64,000 nt of DNA. It comes from Nemertoderma westbladi. Its lineage: Eukaryota; Animalia; Xenacoelomorpha. Below the pieces are notes generated by a model. That model was given only the letters and a program-made list of their open reading frames with translations. It had not been told where the DNA came from and searched no databases. Positions 58,392 to 64,000 of this stretch are shown here, one piece after another. The DNA is taken from the NCBI GenBank assembly GCA_032718475.1, contig JAUCBJ010006520.1:1-64000 (forward strand). The letters are read 5' to 3'. Numbering within the stretch: the first letter of the stretch is position 1; each line of letters begins with the position of its first letter. The translations under genes were made by a program, and so were the position numbers.

Positions 58392-61300
58392 TAATATCTA
58401 CAATGACTGATAACCTGAACTTAGCATTCATAATATCTACAATGACTGATAACCTGAACTTAGCATTCATAATATCTACAATGACTGATAACCTGAACTT
58501 AGCATTCATAATATCTACAATGACTGATAACCTGAACTTAGCAGTCATAATATCTACAATGACTGATAACCTGAACTTAGCATTCATAATAATATCTACA
58601 ATGACTGATAACCTGAACTTAGCATTCATAATATCTACAATGACTGATAACCTGAACTTAGCATTCATAATATCTACAATGACTGATAACCTGAACTTAG
58701 CATTCATAATAATATCTACAATGACTGATAACCTGAACTTAGCATTCATAATATCTACAATGACTGATAACCTGAACTTAGCATTCATAATATCTACAAT
58801 GACTGATAACCTGAACTTAGCATTCATAATATCTACTATGACTGATAACCTGAACTTAGCAGTCATAATAATAATATCTACAATGACTGATAACCTGAAC
58901 TTAGCATTCATAATATCTACAATGACTGATAACCTGAACTTAGCATTCATAATATCTACAATGACTGATAACCTGAACTTAGCATTCATAATATCTACAA
59001 TGACTGATAACCTGAACTTAGCAGTCATAATAATATCTACAATGACTGATAACCTGAACTTAGCATTCATAATATCTACAATGACTGATAACCTGAACTT
59101 AGCAGTCATAATATTATCTACAATGACTGATAACCTGAACTTAGCATTCATAATATCTACAATGACTGATAACCTGAACTTAGCAGTCATAATATCTACA
59201 ATGACTGATAACCTGAACTTAGCACAGTAGCATTCATAATATTATCTACAATGACTGATAACCTGAACTTAGCACAGTAGCATTCATAATAATATCTACA
59301 ATGACTGATAACCTGAACTTAGCATTCATAATATCTACAATGACTGATAACCTGAACTTAGCATTCATAATATCTACAATGATTGATAACCTGAACTTAG
59401 CAGTCATAATATCTACAATGACTGATAACATGAACTTAGCATTCATAATAATATCTACAATGACTGATAACCTGAACTTAGCACAGTAGCATTCATAATA
59501 ATATCTACAATGACTGATAACCTGAACTTAGCACAGTAGCATTCATAATAATATCTACAATGACTGATAACCTGAACTTAGCACAGTAGCATTCATAATA
59601 ATATCTACAATGACTGATAACCTGAACTTAGCACAGTAGCATTCATAATAATATCTACAATGACTGATAACCTGAACTTAGCAGTCATAATATCTACAAT
59701 GACTGATAACCTGAACTTAGCATTCATAATAATATCTACAATGACTGATAACCTGAACTTAGCAGTCATAATATCTACAATGACTGATAACCTGAACTTA
59801 GCATTCATAATAATATCTACAATGACTGATAACCTGAACTTAGCATTCATAATATCTACAATGACTGATAACCTGAACTTAGCATTCATAATATCTACAA
59901 TGACTGATAACCTGAACTTAGCATTCATAATAATATCTACAATGACTGATAACCTGAACTTAGCATTCATAATATCTACAATGACTGATAACCTGAACTT
60001 AGCATTCATAATATCTACAATGACTGATAACCTGAACTTAGCATTCATAATATCTACTATGACTGATAACCTGAACTTAGCAGTCATAATAATAATATCT
60101 ACAATGACTGATAACCTGAACTTAGCATTCATAATATCTACAATGACTGATAACCTGAACTTAGCATTCATAATATCTACAATGACTGATAACCTGAACT
60201 TAGCATTCATAATATCTACAATGACTGATAACCTGAACTTAGCAGTCATAATAATATCTACAATGACTGATAACCTGAACTTAGCATTCATAATATCTAC
60301 AATGACTGATAACCTGAACTTAGCAGTCATAATATTATCTACAATGACTGATAACCTGAACTTAGCATTCATAATATCTACAATGACTGATAACCTGAAC
60401 TTAGCAGTCATAATATCTACAATGACTGATAACCTGAACTTAGCACAGTAGCATTCATAATATTATCTACAATGACTGATAACCTGAACTTAGCACAGTA
60501 GCATTCATAATAATATCTACAATGACTGATAACCTGAACTTAGCATTCATAATATCTACAATGACTGATAACCTGAACTTAGCATTCATAATATCTACAA
60601 TGATTGATAACCTGAACTTAGCAGTCATAATATCTACAATGACTGATAACATGAACTTAGCATTCATAATAATATCTACAATGACTGATAACCTGAACTT
60701 AGCACAGTAGCATTCATAATAATATCTACAATGACTGATAACCTGAACTTAGCACAGTAGCATTCATAATAATATCTACAATGACTGATAACCTGAACTT
60801 AGCACAGTAGCATTCATAATAATATCTACAATGACTGATAACCTGAACTTAGCACAGTAGCATTCATAATAATATCTACAATGACTGATAACCTGAACTT
60901 AGCAGTCATAATATCTACAATGACTGATAACCTGAACTTAGCATTCATAATAATATCTACAATGACTGATAACCTGAACTTAGCAGTCATAATATCTACA
61001 ATGACTGATAACCTGAACTTAGCATTCATAATAATATCTACAATGACTGATAACCTGAACTTAGCATTCATAATATCTACAATGACTGATAACCTGAACT
61101 TAGCATTCATAATATCTACAATGACTGATAACCTGAACTTAGCATTCATAATAATATCTACAATGACTGATAACCTGAACTTAGCATTCATAATATCTAC
61201 AATGACTGATAACCTGAACTTAGCATTCATAATATCTACAATGACTGATAACCTGAACTTAGCATTCATAATATCTACTATGACTGATAACCTGAACTTA

Positions 61301-64000
61301 GCAGTCATAATAATAATATCTACAATGACTGATAACCTGAACTTAGCATTCATAATATCTACAATGACTGATAACCTGAACTTAGCATTCATAATATCTA
61401 CAATGACTGATAACCTGAACTTAGCATTCATAATATCTACAATGACTGATAACCTGAACTTAGCAGTCATAATAATATCTACAATGACTGATAACCTGAA
61501 CTTAGCATTCATAATATCTACAATGACTGATAACCTGAACTTAGCAGTCATAATATTATCTACAATGACTGATAACCTGAACTTAGCATTCATAATATCT
61601 ACAATGACTGATAACCTGAACTTAGCAGTCATAATATCTACAATGACTGATAACCTGAACTTAGCACAGTAGCATTCATAATATTATCTACAATGACTGA
61701 TAACCTGAACTTAGCACAGTAGCATTCATAATAATATCTACAATGACTGATAACCTGAACTTAGCATTCATAATATCTACAATGACTGATAACCTGAACT
61801 TAGCATTCATAATATCTACAATGATTGATAACCTGAACTTAGCAGTCATAATATCTACAATGACTGATAACATGAACTTAGCATTCATAATAATATCTAC
61901 AATGACTGATAACCTGAACTTAGCACAGTAGCATTCATAATAATATCTACAATGACTGATAACCTGAACTTAGCACAGTAGCATTCATAATAATATCTAC
62001 AATGACTGATAACCTGAACTTAGCACAGTAGCATTCATAATAATATCTACAATGACTGATAACCTGAACTTAGCACAGTAGCATTCATAATAATATCTAC
62101 AATGACTGATAACCTGAACTTAGCAGTCATAATATCTACAATGACTGATAACCTGAACTTAGCATTCATAATAATATCTACAATGACTGATAACCTGAAC
62201 TTAGCAGTCATAATATCTACAATGACTGATAACCTGAACTTAGCATTCATAATAATATCTACAATGACTGATAACCTGAACTTAGCATTCATAATATCTA
62301 CAATGACTGATAACCTGAACTTAGCATTCATAATATCTACAATGACTGATAACCTGAACTTAGCATTCATAATAATATCTACAATGACTGATAACCTGAA
62401 CTTAGCATTCATAATATCTACAATGACTGATAACCTGAACTTAGCATTCATAATATCTACAATGACTGATAACCTGAACTTAGCATTCATAATATCTACT
62501 ATGACTGATAACCTGAACTTAGCAGTCATAATAATAATATCTACAATGACTGATAACCTGAACTTAGCATTCATAATATCTACAATGACTGATAACCTGA
62601 ACTTAGCATTCATAATATCTACAATGACTGATAACCTGAACTTAGCATTCATAATATCTACAATGACTGATAACCTGAACTTAGCAGTCATAATAATATC
62701 TACAATGACTGATAACCTGAACTTAGCATTCATAATATCTACAATGACTGATAACCTGAACTTAGCAGTCATAATATTATCTACAATGACTGATAACCTG
62801 AACTTAGCATTCATAATATCTACAATGACTGATAACCTGAACTTAGCAGTCATAATATCTACAATGACTGATAACCTGAACTTAGCACAGTAGCATTCAT
62901 AATATTATCTACAATGACTGATAACCTGAACTTAGCACAGTAGCATTCATAATAATATCTACAATGACTGATAACCTGAACTTAGCATTCATAATATCTA
63001 CAATGACTGATAACCTGAACTTAGCATTCATAATATCTACAATGATTGATAACCTGAACTTAGCAGTCATAATATCTACAATGACTGATAACATGAACTT
63101 AGCATTCATAATAATATCTACAATGACTGATAACCTGAACTTAGCACAGTAGCATTCATAATAATATCTACAATGACTGATAACCTGAACTTAGCACAGT
63201 AGCATTCATAATAATATCTACAATGACTGATAACCTGAACTTAGCACAGTAGCATTCATAATAATATCTACAATGACTGATAACCTGAACTTAGCACAGT
63301 AGCATTCATAATAATATCTACAATGACTGATAACCTGAACTTAGCAGTCATAATATCTACAATGACTGATAACCTGAACTTAGCATTCATAATAATATCT
63401 ACAATGACTGATAACCTGAACTTAGCAGTCATAATATCTACAATGACTGATAACCTGAACTTAGCATTCATAATAATATCTACAATGACTGATAACCTGA
63501 ACTTAGCATTCATAATATCTACAATGACTGATAACCTGAACTTAGCATTCATAATATCTACAATGACTGATAACCTGAACTTAGCATTCATAATAATATC
63601 TACAATGACTGATAACCTGAACTTAGCATTCATAATATCTACAATGACTGATAACCTGAACTTAGCATTCATAATATCTACAATGACTGATAACCTGAAC
63701 TTAGCATTCATAATATCTACTATGACTGATAACCTGAACTTAGCAGTCATAATAATAATATCTACAATGACTGATAACCTGAACTTAGCATTCATAATAT
63801 CTACAATGACTGATAACCTGAACTTAGCATTCATAATATCTACAATGACTGATAACCTGAACTTAGCATTCATAATATCTACAATGACTGATAACCTGAA
63901 CTTAGCAGTCATAATAATATCTACAATGACTGATAACCTGAACTTAGCATTCATAATATCTACAATGACTGATAACCTGAACTTAGCAGTCATAATATTA
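58392..64000. repeat. 39-bp-monomer satellite (ATATCTACAATGACTGATAACCTGAACTTAGCATTCATA) with 1221-bp higher-order repeat; runs off the window
   Basis: Monomers of 39/42/45/50 bp. Identical ORF translations recur at 59660, 60881 and 62102, a 1221-bp period. Confidence 0.98.

Noticed and set aside
58378-63993. Long ORFs on both strands (MTDNLNLAFIIST / MNAKFRLSVIVDI repeats)
   Set aside because: Consequence of a 39-bp monomer that is stop-free in one frame per strand. Broken at every 50-bp monomer, with no unique coding flanks.

Overview
AT-rich, repeat-dense eukaryotic (animal, probably marine invertebrate) window; no prokaryotic features, rRNA, intact tRNA or CRISPR seen. Three host genes are recognisable. 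(1) A single-exon 6.4-kb ORF (11735-18112, +) encodes only the N-terminal half of KMT2C/D (MLL3/4): AT-hook, PHD clusters and HMG box, with no FYR or SET domain, i.e. a Drosophila Lpt-like architecture. (2) A single-exon TMCC/TEX28-family gene (37897-39609, -). (3) The last four coding exons of pyruvate kinase (41684-52562, +). No earlier PK exon was found by eye in the preceding 41.6 kb, so the two intronless genes may sit inside one giant PK intron. The rest is transposons and tandem arrays: a nest of Academ > Sola2-like > MULE/foldback in the last PK intron, piggyBac-, hAT-, Harbinger- and pogo-type non-autonomous elements, CRE/RTE/L2 LINE fragments, and arrays of 20, 34, 38, 30, 12 and 39 bp (the last with a 1221-bp higher-order repeat). 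The 30-bp array starts inside a PK exon and multiplies its splice donor in frame. All calls were made by eye; family assignments rest on recalled motifs and TIR/TSD rules, not database searches.
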